The notes beneath the pieces were generated by a model, which saw nothing but the letters and a program-made list of their open reading frames with translations, searched no databases and was not told where the DNA came from. DNA of 64,000 bases, taken from Terriglobia bacterium. Its GTDB lineage: Bacteria; Acidobacteriota; Terriglobia; 20CM-2-55-15. How positions within the stretch are numbered: position 1 is the stretch's first letter; the number at the start of each line of letters is the position of its first letter. Positions 30,382-41,339 of this stretch are shown here, piece by piece. The stretch is from positions 106,755-170,754 of the forward strand of contig CBDCLE010000009.1 in NCBI GenBank assembly GCA_965218585.1, read 5' to 3'. Both the position numbers and the translations under genes were made by a program.

Positions 30382-32468
30382 AGAGGGAGCTCAACCACAA
30401 ATCTCGCGCCGCGCCGGCCGTTGGTTTCGGCGCCGATGTAGCCTCCGTGGTCGGCGACGATCCGGCCGGCAATAGCCAGGCCCAGACCCGTGCCATCTTT
30501 GCGGGTGGAAAAGTAGGGGGCGAACAGATGGTCCCTGTCTTCGGGAGCAACGCCGTGCCCGGAATCGGTCACCGTCAATCGGGCGGTGGTGTCGTCACGG
30601 ACCAACTCGCATCCGATCGTTAGTTCCTTGTCATCCTGGCCTGACATAGCCTCTAGCGCGTTATCGATCAAGTTGATCAGCACCCGTTTGATTTGCTGTC
30701 CATCCATCAACACGTCCGGCATGTCCTCGGGGAACTCGGTCCGGACTAGTGTCCCGTTGAAGCGATCTTCGTAGAGTGCCAATGTGCGATCCACCAGATC
30801 TTTCATCGGGACGGGTTCGGGTTCTATGGCAGGCAGGCGTGCAACTCGACCGAATTCGTTGACGAGTTCTTTAAGGCTTCCCACCTCACCGACAATGGCG
30901 TCGACGCATTCCTGGATAACGTTGGTCGTGTGGTCGTCGACAGAAGGCAAACGTTCGAGGTTCCGCGCGATCCGCTCCGCGGAGAGTTGGATAGGTGTCA
31001 GTGGGTTTTTGATCTCGTGAGTCAGGCGCCTGGCCACTTCGCGCCAGGCTGTTGCTTTCTGGGCCTTGACGACTTCGGTGAGATCTTCGACAACCAGAAC
31101 GAAGCCCCCGGTGGTCAGTTTGCTGGCGATCACTGCGCTGTGAACCGCGTGTCCGTGGGCTTTGAGTGTCATTTCGCGCGTCAGCATGCCTTCACGTTCG
31201 GCAACGCGCAGGAGTTCTCCAATCTGATCGAGATCATCGGGGACGAAAATGTCTTTGAGCGTTTCCGCGTGTTCGGTCGAAAACATCGTCCGCACCGCGC
31301 GGTTCATTTTCGTTACACGGTATTCGTCGTCGATGGATATGACACCGGTCGGTATGGATTCCAGGATGATTTCCGTATAACGGCGCCGTTCGTCCAGCTC
31401 CCGCGTCGTCAACTGCAGCTGGTCGGCCATATCATTGAACAATCCCACCAGCATGCCGAGTTCGTCGTCTGCTTCCACGTTTACTCGATGATCGAGGTGT
31501 CCGGCGGATATCTCCCGTGTGGCTCCCGACAGTGCCTCGATCGGGACTGTAATTCGCCGGGAGAGATGCAGCCCCGTCCAGACGGCAGCGAACAGGACGA
31601 GCGTTGTTATCAGGAGGAGGATGTTGACGTAGGTATCTCTGTAGAATCGCTGGTTCTGGATCAGTTCGTTGTAGTTCAGTCTTTCTGACGCGATCGTTGC
31701 GGTGAGTTCTTCAAAAAGTTCGGGACCATAGAAGCGAGCCGCAAGGAATGTTTCAGTTCCTTCTATTGCCGCGACACCGACCAATGAACCGTCTTCGTCG
31801 ATCGTCACGCTGCTTGTGGCGGACGAACGGGTCGGCCACTGACCCTGAATCTGCGCCTGAAATTCAATGGCCGAGGCCGAAGAATTCGACGAGCTTCTCA
31901 GGACCTCTCCCTCCGGATTGAGAACGACAATCGTTTCGATGGGGAAACTGGCCAGTGCGGCACCGAGGTCTTCAGGAGTTTCGCGTGCGAGATACGTCAG
32001 GATCCCGGCCGCGATCGTTTCGTTTTCTGTAGCCCATTCGCTGCCGATCTGTTCGGTCGTCTCCAGGATCGTATCGACTGGGACGCTGAACCACTTGTCG
32101 ATACTCCGGTTGACCAGCCCGAAGGCAAACATGAACAGGAAAGTGGCAGGAATCAGTGTCAGGCCAATGAACGATAACACAAGCCGTGTCTTGAACTTAA
32201 CGCCCGGTTTCTCACTCTTGTGTTCAACCCATAATTTGAACAGGCTCCTTGCCAGAACGAATCCGAATATGATCAGGACCAGGAATATGAATGTCGACAG
32301 GGAATAGAGCAGCAGGATCTGGCTGGGCAGCGACGCAGTTATGAACGGTCCGAGGTTGAAAGCGGCCTGAACGAACACGAGCAACGCCAGACCCAGCAGG
32401 GCGACTCCGGCGAGGTAGAGTTTTCTCCTGTTCGACGACTCGCTCGATGAGCTCCGAGGTGCTTGCAT
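30366..32468 (-). CDS. ntrY: NtrY-like HAMP/PAS sensor histidine kinase
   Basis: AWREVARRLTHEIKNPLTPIQLSAER H-box, HAMP, PAS, GTGLGL. Confidence 0.85.
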   Translation of the reverse strand: MQAPRSSSSESSNRRKLYLAGVALLGLALLVFVQAAFNLGPFITASLPSQILLLYSLSTFIFLVLIIFGFVLARSLFKLWVEHKSEKPGVKFKTRLVLSFIGLTLIPATFLFMFAFGLVNRSIDKWFSVPVDTILETTEQIGSEWATENETIAAGILTYLARETPEDLGAALASFPIETIVVLNPEGEVLRSSSNSSASAIEFQAQIQGQWPTRSSATSSVTIDEDGSLVGVAAIEGTETFLAARFYGPELFEELTATIASERLNYNELIQNQRFYRDTYVNILLLITTLVLFAAVWTGLHLSRRITVPIEALSGATREISAGHLDHRVNVEADDELGMLVGLFNDMADQLQLTTRELDERRRYTEIILESIPTGVISIDDEYRVTKMNRAVRTMFSTEHAETLKDIFVPDDLDQIGELLRVAEREGMLTREMTLKAHGHAVHSAVIASKLTTGGFVLVVEDLTEVVKAQKATAWREVARRLTHEIKNPLTPIQLSAERIARNLERLPSVDDHTTNVIQECVDAIVGEVGSLKELVNEFGRVARLPAIEPEPVPMKDLVDRTLALYEDRFNGTLVRTEFPEDMPDVLMDGQQIKRVLINLIDNALEAMSGQDDKELTIGCELVRDDTTARLTVTDSGHGVAPEDRDHLFAPYFSTRKDGTGLGLAIAGRIVADHGGYIGAETNGRRGARFVVELPLCQES

Positions 32469-32521
32469 CGTGTCCCTATGGTAACGTACCCCTCAATCGA
32501 TAAGCACCTAAAGTTGCACAT

Positions 32522-33713
32522 ATGTCAAGACTTGGAGACATTCTGGTTGGAGAGAGTCTGGTCACCACAGAGCAACTTTCCGAAGCGCTCGAAGAACAAA
32601 GAAAAAACGGGGGGCGACTGGGTAGTTGTCTGGTTCGGCTCGGGCACATCCCCGAAGAGACGATCACCGCCGTGCTTTCGAAGCAGTACGGGGTTCCATG
32701 CATCAATCTGGCCCATTTTGAGACCGATCCCGACGTGGCTGGGCTCCTGTCCCGGGACATAGCCGACCGTTATCAGGTGTTGCCTTTGAGCCAACTCGGA
32801 TCCACGTTGACGATAGCCATGGTGGATCCGACCAACGTGATCGCGCTCGACGAGCTGAAGTTCATTACGGGAATGAACATTCAACCCCTGGTAGTGTCGG
32901 AATCCCAGCTCAAGGAGGCGATCCGGAAGCAATTCGGGACCTCCTACGATTCCCGTCTCAAGAAGGCCTTCAAGGATCTGGCATTCGTCGACGATTCCAG
33001 CGTCGAAGTCATCGCCGAGGAAACAGAAGACCTCGACCTGGTCTCCCTGGAAAGGGAATCGGGAGAAGCTCCGATCGTGCGCCTGGTGAATCTGATTTTC
33101 CTGGATGCCGTAAAACGTGGGGCCAGCGACATTCATCTGGAGCCTTACGAGAAAGAATTGCGGCTGCGGCTAAGGATCGATGGTGTTATGGAAACAGCCA
33201 TGAATCCTCCAATCCAACTCCGTAACGCGATCACTTCCCGGATCAAAATCATGGCAGGTCTGGACATTTCAGAAAAACGCCTGCCGCAGGACGGACGGAT
33301 TCGTGTTCGCCTGAGGATCGAAGACAGGCCCAGAGAACTTGATTTTCGAGTTTCCAGCCTGCCCACTCTGTTTGGTGAAAAAATCGTAATGAGGTTGTTG
33401 GATCGTGAGAATCTCATGTTCGATATGCGACGCCTGGGTCTGGAACCGGAGTCACTGGAGAAGTTGGAACGTGCTGTAAGAAAACCATTTGGAATGGTTC
33501 TGGTCACCGGACCCACGGGCAGTGGAAAGACGAACACGCTCTATTCAGCGATCACCCAACTCAATAGGCCGGACGTGAATATCGTGACTGCGGAGGACCC
33601 CGTAGAGTTCAATCTGCCGGGAATCAACCAGGTCCAGATGAAGGACCAGATCGGATTGAATTTCGCCACGGCACTTCGTTCTTTTCTTCGGCAGGACCCC
33701 AACATTATCCTAG
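32522..33713 (+). pseudogene. pilB: Type IV pilus assembly ATPase, truncated at Walker B by IS1380
   Basis: MshEN-like RLGDIL, ASDIHLEP, GPTGSGKT, EDPVE; LRQDPNIIL runs into the IS terminal repeat instead of VGEIRD. Confidence 0.9.
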
Positions 33714-35450
33714 CCCGCATGTTTCACCAGTCCGGCGATCAGGGGGATTTGGGCAGTAAGAATCGGATTCGGGAGGATCTGGGTTCGAATTGGGCATGTG
33801 TGGCGTGACTCGGCGGTGTCGACAAGCGGGAGTTGCTGCGTTTTCGGGTTCAGAAGAGGGTGACGAAACGCACTGAGACAAACCTCGGCGGAGCCGAAAA
33901 GAGCGAGTCGATTTTGGCGCAGGGGATCGGGTCGGTTCTCAGCAGCGCAGAGGAAGTGCCTGCAGGTTTCGATGGACGAGGGCAAAGACCTCGGCGTAGG
34001 GATAGGCTTCCGACATGGAGATCCAGATGTTGCGAACCGTCAGACGGACTTGAGCTCCGATCTTGAGGAGCTTCAAGCGGATCGTCTGGCACTGAGCGCG
34101 GGCCAGATCGGTATTCTTCAGTCCCAGACGGCGTAACGCGTGCAGGAGCATGTAGGCAGCCGAGGACAGATAGAGCCGGAGTTGATTGGCGCGCATGGTT
34201 GCCGCGCTGGTCCGGTCGGCGAATAGATCCAACTGCTGTTCCTTGATGCGATTTTCCATGTCGCCCCGCGCACAGTAAAAGTCTTCATAGAGGGCGCGGG
34301 CGTCCAGGCGTTCCGGCGACAGTGAGGTCACAACGAATCGAGGATTGGCGCCTTTCTCCAGGAACTCGGCCTTGCCGATGACGCGTCGGGTGCAGGTCCA
34401 GCTCTTCCGAGTGCGATACCGGAAATCGTTAAACACCCGCGCCGGTTTCCCGGTGTCGTTAAACTCGGCTTCGGCCTGACTCATCGATTCAGCGATCTCG
34501 CGCTTGAGCCGATCGTTCTTGGCCAGACCCACCACGTAATCGACCTGGTGGGCCTCGCACCAACTCAGCAATTCATCCCGGCAAAAGCCCGAGTCGGCCC
34601 GGATGATAATCGACACCTCCGGCCAGCTCTGCCGGATCTGGCCGATGATGCGGTTCAATTCCTCGACGGCGCCGTCCGCACCGTCGACATTGGAGCACCG
34701 CAACCGGGCGCATAGCAGATGCTCTCCCGAAAAGATGTAGAGCGGCAGATAACAGTAGTTGCCGTAGTAGCCGTGAAAGAACCGTCCTTCCTGATGGCCA
34801 TGGATCGGATCATCGGTCGCATCCAGGTCCAGAACAATCTCCTCGGGCGCCGATCCGTGAGCCGCCACAAATGCATCCACCATCCAGCGGTCGATCTTGT
34901 CCGGGTCCATGGCCATCTTCTTGTACCGCTCCTTCCCATCGACTTGCTCCCCGGTCAGTTCCAACCGGTTCAGCGTACACTTGCCCGCCAACGCTTTTCC
35001 CCGGTCTCGGGCCTGCCGCCGCTTCTCCCCCAGTGGATCGGCCTTATCCACCGCCACGGCCAGCATCGGATCGGTCCGCAGTTGGTCATGATCGTTCAGA
35101 TCCTCGTAGCCCAGACAGAGTCCGTAGACGCGCTGCCCCAATAACTCGCTCACCGTGTGTTCGATCAACCTCGCGTCCCGGTAATCCCTGAAACACTCGG
35201 CCAGTCCGGCGATCAGACCCGTTCGCTTTTCCACTTCCCTCAACAGCAGAACCCCAGCGTCGGAGGTGATCTTTCCGCCGTCAAAACGCGCCTTCACTTT
35301 TCGTTGAAGAAGTCCGTGAAATTCGAACGTCGTTTGGTTACACTCTGTTCTCATAAGGGCCGTCTCCGTTTGGCTTGTTAAACGTTTATTTCAAAACGCT
35401 TTATGCCAGACAGGGCGGCCTTTTCTGGTCCTATCGGTGAAATATGCGGG
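33714..35450 (-). mobile_element. IS1380-family insertion sequence
   Basis: Terminal inverted repeats CCCGCATGTTTCACC / GGTGAAATATGCGGG flank the transposase. Confidence 0.9.
33939..35354 (-). CDS. IS1380-family DDE transposase
   Basis: FDGGKITSDAG, GYEDLNDH, LDLDATDD, RADSGF, YCARGDMENRIKE. Confidence 0.95.
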   Translation of the reverse strand: MRTECNQTTFEFHGLLQRKVKARFDGGKITSDAGVLLLREVEKRTGLIAGLAECFRDYRDARLIEHTVSELLGQRVYGLCLGYEDLNDHDQLRTDPMLAVAVDKADPLGEKRRQARDRGKALAGKCTLNRLELTGEQVDGKERYKKMAMDPDKIDRWMVDAFVAAHGSAPEEIVLDLDATDDPIHGHQEGRFFHGYYGNYCYLPLYIFSGEHLLCARLRCSNVDGADGAVEELNRIIGQIRQSWPEVSIIIRADSGFCRDELLSWCEAHQVDYVVGLAKNDRLKREIAESMSQAEAEFNDTGKPARVFNDFRYRTRKSWTCTRRVIGKAEFLEKGANPRFVVTSLSPERLDARALYEDFYCARGDMENRIKEQQLDLFADRTSAATMRANQLRLYLSSAAYMLLHALRRLGLKNTDLARAQCQTIRLKLLKIGAQVRLTVRNIWISMSEAYPYAEVFALVHRNLQALPLRC

Positions 35451-35606
35451 CTAACGGGCTATATCTCTCATTGTTTCAATGCATTACCGCGACACTCGAA
35501 GCTAGCCGTTTTTCAATGTCCGACAAGATCGTTTGCGAGGACTTGAGAATTTTATAGCGACTAACTCCCTGCCTTAGTATCCTTTACCGAGATTTTCACG
35601 GTTCAT

Positions 35607-36971
35607 GAGGTCGTTCCAATCGGTGTGTAAAAAGAGAAGGCGGTGTACGCTTTCAGTGAATTCGAAACCGTAAGCAATCCCGGCAGCAATCGGGAGAAAG
35701 GTACACCACCCATGAAGAAGAAGAACATACCGGCATCAGTGGCGTCAACGAACGCGTATGAAGGTTTGGAGGACTGGGCGCGATCCCGGGTCCAAGTCTG
35801 GCTACAGGAGCTGCTCGAGGACGAAGTCACTCAATTTCTGGGTCGGGAAAAGTCGGAGCGGAGTCCGAATCGACGAGGATACCGGAACGGTCACGGGAAG
35901 CCGCGACGCTTCGCAATGATGAACGGTACGATGGAGGTTCGACGACCTCGGGTTCGAAACACCGCCGAGCGGTTCGAGAGTCAGATCCTGCCGTATTTTC
36001 GACGGAAATCGAAACAGCTGGGCGAGCTACTTCCCGATCTCTACCTCCACGGTCTGGCCACAGGGGACTTCGAGCAGGCCATGCGCGGACTGCTTGGCGC
36101 TGGCGCTCCGTTGTCGCGAGCATCGATCCAACGACTGAAATCGACCTGGCAGTTGGAGTATGACGAGTGGGTCCAGCAGGACCTGTCCGGCCTCGAGGTC
36201 GTGTACCAGTGGGCAGACGGCTTGTACGTGAAAGCGGGGATCGCGAAAGAGCGAGCGGCATTGCTGGTGATCATCGGAGCCTTGTCAGACGGGCGCAAAG
36301 TGGTGTTGGCCTGTGAGAGCGGGCAGCGGAAAAACAAGGAGTCCTGGAGCCGCATTCTGCGCAATCTCCAGAGACGGGGCCTGAAGCTGGGACGGCTGAC
36401 TGTCGCGGACGGTCACCTGGGCATCTGGTCCGCGCTGGCCGAGCAACAGCCCCAGGGCCAGGAACAACGCTGCTGGAACCACAAGTCGATCAACGTGGTC
36501 GATCATCTGCCGAAGACCGAGCAGCCCGCGGCCAGACAGCTGCTTCATGGGATGGCCTTCGCGAACTCCCGCGCGGCCTGCGAACGAAAGCGGGATCAGT
36601 TCGTCCGCCGATATGAGAAGAACTATCCCAAAGCGGGTGAGACGCTGTTGCGGGACTGGGACCGGATGATTACTTTCTATGAGTTCCCGAAACAACACTG
36701 GGTGCATCTGAGAACGACCAACATCGTCGAGTCGCCCTTCGACATGGTTCGCCTCCGCACCAACGCCGCTCGCCGATTCAAGCGTGTCGAGAATGCAACG
36801 GCAATGATCTGGAAGCTACTACGTGTCGCTGAGAAGGCTTGGCGACACTTAAAAGGATCCGAACTCTTACAAGAGGTCTATGATGGTCAGCAATTCGCTG
36901 ACGGCATCAGAGTCGTGATGAAATCGAAGGCCGCCGCCTGATGACTTTTACACACCTTTTGTAATGACCTC
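35607..36971 (+). mobile_element. IS256-family insertion sequence
   Basis: Imperfect TIRs GAGGTCGTTCCAATCGGTGTGTAAAA and rc GAGGTCATTACAAAAGGTGTGTAAAA; no matching target duplication. Confidence 0.88.
35712..36941 (+). CDS. IS256-family transposase
   Basis: YRNG, PRVR, WADG, VADG, QRCWNH, LRTTNIVES. Confidence 0.93.
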   Translation: MKKKNIPASVASTNAYEGLEDWARSRVQVWLQELLEDEVTQFLGREKSERSPNRRGYRNGHGKPRRFAMMNGTMEVRRPRVRNTAERFESQILPYFRRKSKQLGELLPDLYLHGLATGDFEQAMRGLLGAGAPLSRASIQRLKSTWQLEYDEWVQQDLSGLEVVYQWADGLYVKAGIAKERAALLVIIGALSDGRKVVLACESGQRKNKESWSRILRNLQRRGLKLGRLTVADGHLGIWSALAEQQPQGQEQRCWNHKSINVVDHLPKTEQPAARQLLHGMAFANSRAACERKRDQFVRRYEKNYPKAGETLLRDWDRMITFYEFPKQHWVHLRTTNIVESPFDMVRLRTNAARRFKRVENATAMIWKLLRVAEKAWRHLKGSELLQEVYDGQQFADGIRVVMKSKAAA

Positions 36972-37651
36972 ACAAAAGGTCCGTCACTTCTTAACATATA
37001 GTAAGAACAAATAGTAATTAAGACATGTATTAAGCGCGGCGGGGATTGTGAAAAAAATTAGAGAAAACATAAGAGGGCACCTTCAAAATGAACACCAAAC
37101 TTCCACATAGCCACCAACGGTCGCCGCTAAACAATTTTTTGCCGTAGGTGCCCAGACTGAACAGGCAGATTGAGCGGCTCCGCCAAGTTCGTTATCCCGC
37201 TCCTGTGTCTACATCATCTTCCGGTGCACGGATGTCAAGCGCAGCCTACGACGGTCCTGGTGCCACCCACAACCGGAGCCGCTGACGACACCGGGCACGT
37301 TCGCCATTGTCGCTGACCACCACCAGTTGCCGGTCGAGTCCTCCGGCAACTCTCGCACCAGATCGCTACGCTCGCCCAAGCGCGGGTCTCATCCTTTTTT
37401 GCTGGGGTCGGACCTCCACGCTGTTCCCAGTGGCGGCTTCGCTATTCCTCCCGCGTCCGGATCTGCCGACTTCCCATGTTACCCGTCGTTGTAACCCCGT
37501 AGAATTCCTTGCGTTCGGTCACCGCCGCTCTTGAGCCCGGCGCGATCGTCTTCAGGTCCATCTCTCTATAATTCCCTGCCCTCGGATCGAATCATTGCGC
37601 TCTGTTCCCTGCCCCGCAGGCATCCCGGCCATCGCAAAGAGTACATCCGCA

Positions 37652-38046
37652 GTGCGCCAGGCTAACTGGTGCCAGTGCAGCCGATGAAAGTCCGGCGGGA
37701 AGGAGAAGGTGAGCCACCACTTCCACCCCGAGTCATGGGCCGCCACCCATGAGGGCGAAGGTCAAGCGTTGACAGGGGTGCGTGTGGGCGGGGCTATTGA
37801 GCACCGAAAAGACTGATAGTTCGGGATGCCGAGGTCGTTGCGGAGTAGCCGAAGGCAGAATCCGACTCACCGCTATGGCGACGGGGGGAGCGGAATCCCG
37901 CGGTGTCGAAGAACCCACGTACGTACGCACTACACCGGAACCTGGGAGGTCTCCATGCCATCCCGCTGTCGTGGCGGGACGGCTGAGGAAAGGCGGAGGC
38001 CGTAACCGAAGATAAACGGTATGGAGAAGTCAGACTCGGGAACAGT
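37652..38046 (+). ncRNA. Group II intron 5' part (domain I, IIB-like)
   Basis: GTGCG start, GAAAGTCC, AAGCGTTGACAGGGG, GGAACCTGGGAGGTCTC, GGAGAAGTCAGAC; RT fragment downstream. Confidence 0.7.
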
Positions 38047-38294
38047 GTGTGCTGGGCAGCGCCCAGATCAGGTGGGTTCAAGTCCCACTGGCGCTCGGGT
38101 AAGGGGCGCCATATCCAAAAGTGAGGGTAATTCCTCACTGGCCGGAGGAAGTGGATAAGCGAAACCCTAAATGGGCACGAAGTCGGAAACGGCGGAGACA
38201 GCCAAGGGAGGAGCTAGCTGGTTCACTGTCGAAAGACAACCGGAGGGCAGGGTGTCCACCGCGAGGTGGAATCTGAAGGGCTTGCGGAGAAGTA
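38047..38294 (+). ncRNA. Second group II intron 5' part (IIC-like), nested in the first
   Basis: GTGTG start and GGGTGTCCACCGCGAGGTGGAATCTGAAGG, resembling IIC domain I. Confidence 0.55.
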
Positions 38295-38608
38295 TGCACC
38301 GGGAGTTGCGGGACGGTCGGTATGAACCGCAGCCGGTTCTCCAACGCCTGATTCCCAAGGCGGGCCAGCCGGGAAAGTTTCGTCCTCTGGGTATCCCGAC
38401 GATCTATGGCCGGGTATGCCAGCAGGCGCTGCTGAACCGGCTGGAACCGATCTTCGAGCCGGTGTTCGATGATACCAACTGCGGGTACCGGAGAGGGAGG
38501 TCCGCCCACGGAGCACTGCGCAAGATATGGAGTGAACTGGACGAGGGGCATGAGTGGGTTGTAGACGCGGATCTGAAAGACTTTTTCGGGTCCGTGGAAG
38601 AATCGTAA
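38294..38608 (+). pseudogene. Group II intron reverse transcriptase fragment
   Basis: IPK...K.RPLGIPTI..RV.QQA, GYRRGRS, WVVDADLKDFF, then stop; no YADD. Confidence 0.9.
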
Positions 38609-38621
38609 ACTATAGCTATCG

Positions 38622-41339
38622 ATGCGCACAGAAATCACAGGAGAGCCGGTACCTCCGTTGTCCGACACGTGGTTTCTGGACCGCTTCGACCAGTGGGCCG
38701 AGGCCGAGCCGGACCGCTTTGCGTTTGCACTGGATCATTCGGACCACGTTGACGAGTATTCCTACCGCCAAGCCCAGCAGGAATCCTTGCGCGTGGCGGC
38801 TGGCCTGACAGTTCACGGAATTGGAGCCGGCGACCGCATCGGCATCCTCATGGACAACTGTCCGCACTGGGTGTTTGCGTTGCTGGGGGCGTTGCGGATC
38901 GGAGCCATCGGGGTTCCGCTGTCGACGCTGCTGCCGCCGTCGTCGGTCCGGCGGCTCGTCGACCACGCCGAGTGCCGCCTGGTATTCGCCGATCAGTCCA
39001 ATCTCAAGACCATGCTGTCTGCGATGGAGGGGAGCTCTGTGCCCGTCGTGGCGCATGCTCGAGTCGGCGAAGCTGTGGAAACGTGGGAAGCCTTCCTGGC
39101 CAAAGGGGCCAACACGGACTGGAAACCCTGTCACTCCCCGGATGGGACAGCGGTCCTGATGTATACCTCGGGGACGACCGGGGATCCCAAAGGCGTTCAG
39201 ATTTCGGCTCGTGGCCTTTCCCAGGACATCCACGGGATCCTCGAGTTGCTGGAACTCTCGCCCGACCAGCGCATCCTGTCCGTGCTGCCGTTCTCGCACG
39301 TCCTGCCGCTCGTGGCCAACGGCCTGGGAGCTCTCGCGGCTGGATGTGGCGTCGTCTTTCTGACCGCGGTCTCGCCGCAGGGGATCGTGGAGGCATTCAA
39401 GCGACACCGGATCACATTCTTCGTGTGCGTGCCGCAATTCTTCTATGCGGTCCACAAGAGAATCTTGGGACAGGTGGAATCGCTCGGATGGATCCAGAGA
39501 ACGCTTTTTGGAACCCTCATCGGTTTTTCGCGGAGAATCAAGAACCAGAAAATCAGCCGCAAGCTGTTTGCCAAGGTTCACCAATCGGTGGGCCCGGATC
39601 TCCAGTTGCTGATCGCCGGAGGGTCGCGCTTCGAACCCCGCGTCGCCGAAGATCTTCAGGCACTCGGCTACACGATGGCCCAAGCCTACGGTTTGACCGA
39701 GACCAGCGCCGCTGCCACGATTACACCGGTCAGGCGAAATGCTGTCGGTACGGTCGGTCTGCCGTTGCGGGGCGTCACGATTCGCATCCACGAACCCAAT
39801 GAGTCGGGAATCGGGGAGGTCTGCATCAAGGGAGACATCCTGATGCAGGGCTACTACCGGAACCCGGCAGCGACGGCCGAAGCCTTGAGGGAGGGGTGGC
39901 TCTATACGGGTGATCTGGGGCGGCTGGACGAGAAGGGTAACCTCACGCTGACGGGCCGAAGCAAGGATGTCATTGTTCTCTCGAACGGCAAGAACATCTA
40001 CCCGGAAGAGGTCGAGGAACACTATGAGAAATGCCCATACATCAAGGAAATGTGTGTCATGGGCCTGCCGGATGCCTCCGGTCCGGGCGATGCGCTGCAT
40101 GCGGTTGTGGTCCCCGATCTGGACGAGTTCCGGAAACGGAACCAGACCGCCATCGCCGAAATGATCCGTTACGAGTTGGAGAATCGTTCCAAGGAGCTTC
40201 CCTCCTTCATGCGGGTGCGTTCCCTCACGGTGCGTAACGAAACCCTGCCCCGCACGCTGACGCGGAAGTTGAAACGGTTCGAGATCTACGAAGAGGAGAC
40301 GGCTCGGGCGGGGTCGGTGAAGGGGCCGCAACCGAAGGTCGAAGACCATGAGGCCCTTCGGAGTGGCATCGGCAAGACCGTTGCCGAGGCGATTCACGCG
40401 GCGAAGCCCGAAGCCGGACCCTTGGAGCCGGACATGAATTTTGATCTGGACCTGGGCTTCGATTCCCTGGGTCGCGTGGAACTGCTGGCGGAGATCGAAG
40501 GCGACCTGGGCGTTCAAGTTCCCGAGGAGAAGCTCAGCCAGGTACTGACGGTCGGCGAGCTTGTGGCCGCCCTTCAGGATGCCGATCGGATCAGCGTGAC
40601 GGGACCCCGAAGCTGGAAGAAGAAACTTACTGCCGAGGGCGACGAAGCGCTGGGCCACGAATATATCCGCGAGTCCCGGGCCAGCCTGACTTTCTTCGGC
40701 TTTCCAACCATCCGGCTGCTGGGGATGATCGCCAAAGTCCCGTTCCGGACCCGGGTGACCGGCCTCGAAAATCTCCCCGCGTCCGGGCCTTTCATCATCT
40801 GTTCAAACCATGCATCGTATCTGGATCCGTTTCTGGTCTGCTCGGTCCTCCCATACCGGGTGATTCGAGACATCTTAATTCTCGGGTATACCGATTACTT
40901 TGAGGGGCCGCTCATGCGGCGGCTGGGAAACAGCGTCAATATCGTCCCGGTGGATCCGAACGCGAATCTGACGCGGGCCATGCGCATCGCCGCCGTGGGG
41001 CTTTGGAAGAAACGAATTCTTCTGGTGTTTCCCGAAGGCGAGCGAAGCTTTGATGGGCAGTTGACGGAGTTCAAGAAAGGCGCCGCGATTCTTTCGGTGG
41101 AACTCGACGCGCCCATCGTCCCGGTGGGCATACGGGGTACGTTCGAAGCCTGGCCCCGCAGTGGAAACCTGAAGGCCCATCCGGTCAGCATCGCGATCGG
41201 GCGGCCTCTCGACCCCGGCCAGTTCAGCGACGCACCGGATCCCTACGGAAAGCTCAACGACGCCTTGAAAGAAGCGGTCGGGCGGCTTGTGGACTCCGAT
41301 GCGCCCTACCCCCGGGGATCAGAGGAAGTGGCGAGCTAG
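38622..41339 (+). CDS. Acyl-AMP ligase - ACP - PlsC-type acyltransferase fusion
   Basis: YTSGTTGDPKG, YGLTE, TGDLG; ACP DLGFDSL; NHASYLD and FPEG. Confidence 0.9.
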   Translation: MRTEITGEPVPPLSDTWFLDRFDQWAEAEPDRFAFALDHSDHVDEYSYRQAQQESLRVAAGLTVHGIGAGDRIGILMDNCPHWVFALLGALRIGAIGVPLSTLLPPSSVRRLVDHAECRLVFADQSNLKTMLSAMEGSSVPVVAHARVGEAVETWEAFLAKGANTDWKPCHSPDGTAVLMYTSGTTGDPKGVQISARGLSQDIHGILELLELSPDQRILSVLPFSHVLPLVANGLGALAAGCGVVFLTAVSPQGIVEAFKRHRITFFVCVPQFFYAVHKRILGQVESLGWIQRTLFGTLIGFSRRIKNQKISRKLFAKVHQSVGPDLQLLIAGGSRFEPRVAEDLQALGYTMAQAYGLTETSAAATITPVRRNAVGTVGLPLRGVTIRIHEPNESGIGEVCIKGDILMQGYYRNPAATAEALREGWLYTGDLGRLDEKGNLTLTGRSKDVIVLSNGKNIYPEEVEEHYEKCPYIKEMCVMGLPDASGPGDALHAVVVPDLDEFRKRNQTAIAEMIRYELENRSKELPSFMRVRSLTVRNETLPRTLTRKLKRFEIYEEETARAGSVKGPQPKVEDHEALRSGIGKTVAEAIHAAKPEAGPLEPDMNFDLDLGFDSLGRVELLAEIEGDLGVQVPEEKLSQVLTVGELVAALQDADRISVTGPRSWKKKLTAEGDEALGHEYIRESRASLTFFGFPTIRLLGMIAKVPFRTRVTGLENLPASGPFIICSNHASYLDPFLVCSVLPYRVIRDILILGYTDYFEGPLMRRLGNSVNIVPVDPNANLTRAMRIAAVGLWKKRILLVFPEGERSFDGQLTEFKKGAAILSVELDAPIVPVGIRGTFEAWPRSGNLKAHPVSIAIGRPLDPGQFSDAPDPYGKLNDALKEAVGRLVDSDAPYPRGSEEVAS

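Noticed and set aside
33714-33808. Novel C-terminus of PilB
   Set aside because: Read-through into the IS1380 terminal sequence
36972-37650. AT-rich then GC-rich stretch after IS256
   Set aside because: Only short ORFs without recognisable motifs; cannot support a call
38072-38088. GTGGG-TTCAAGT-CCCAC resembling a tRNA T-arm
   Set aside because: No cloverleaf; lies in the intron-like 5' region
38165-38210. GGGCAC..GAAA..GCC resembling a c-di-GMP riboswitch
   Set aside because: Conserved riboswitch nucleotides do not fit; better explained as an intron substructure
38171-38608. RT as a retron, DGR or defence RT
   Set aside because: Motifs and flanking RNA are group II intron-like, and the ORF ends before the catalytic YADD
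38616-40658. 680-aa minus-strand ORF and similar long antisense ORFs (18150-19103, 59042-59806, 62609-63550)
   Set aside because: Shadow frames of well-supported genes in GC-rich DNA
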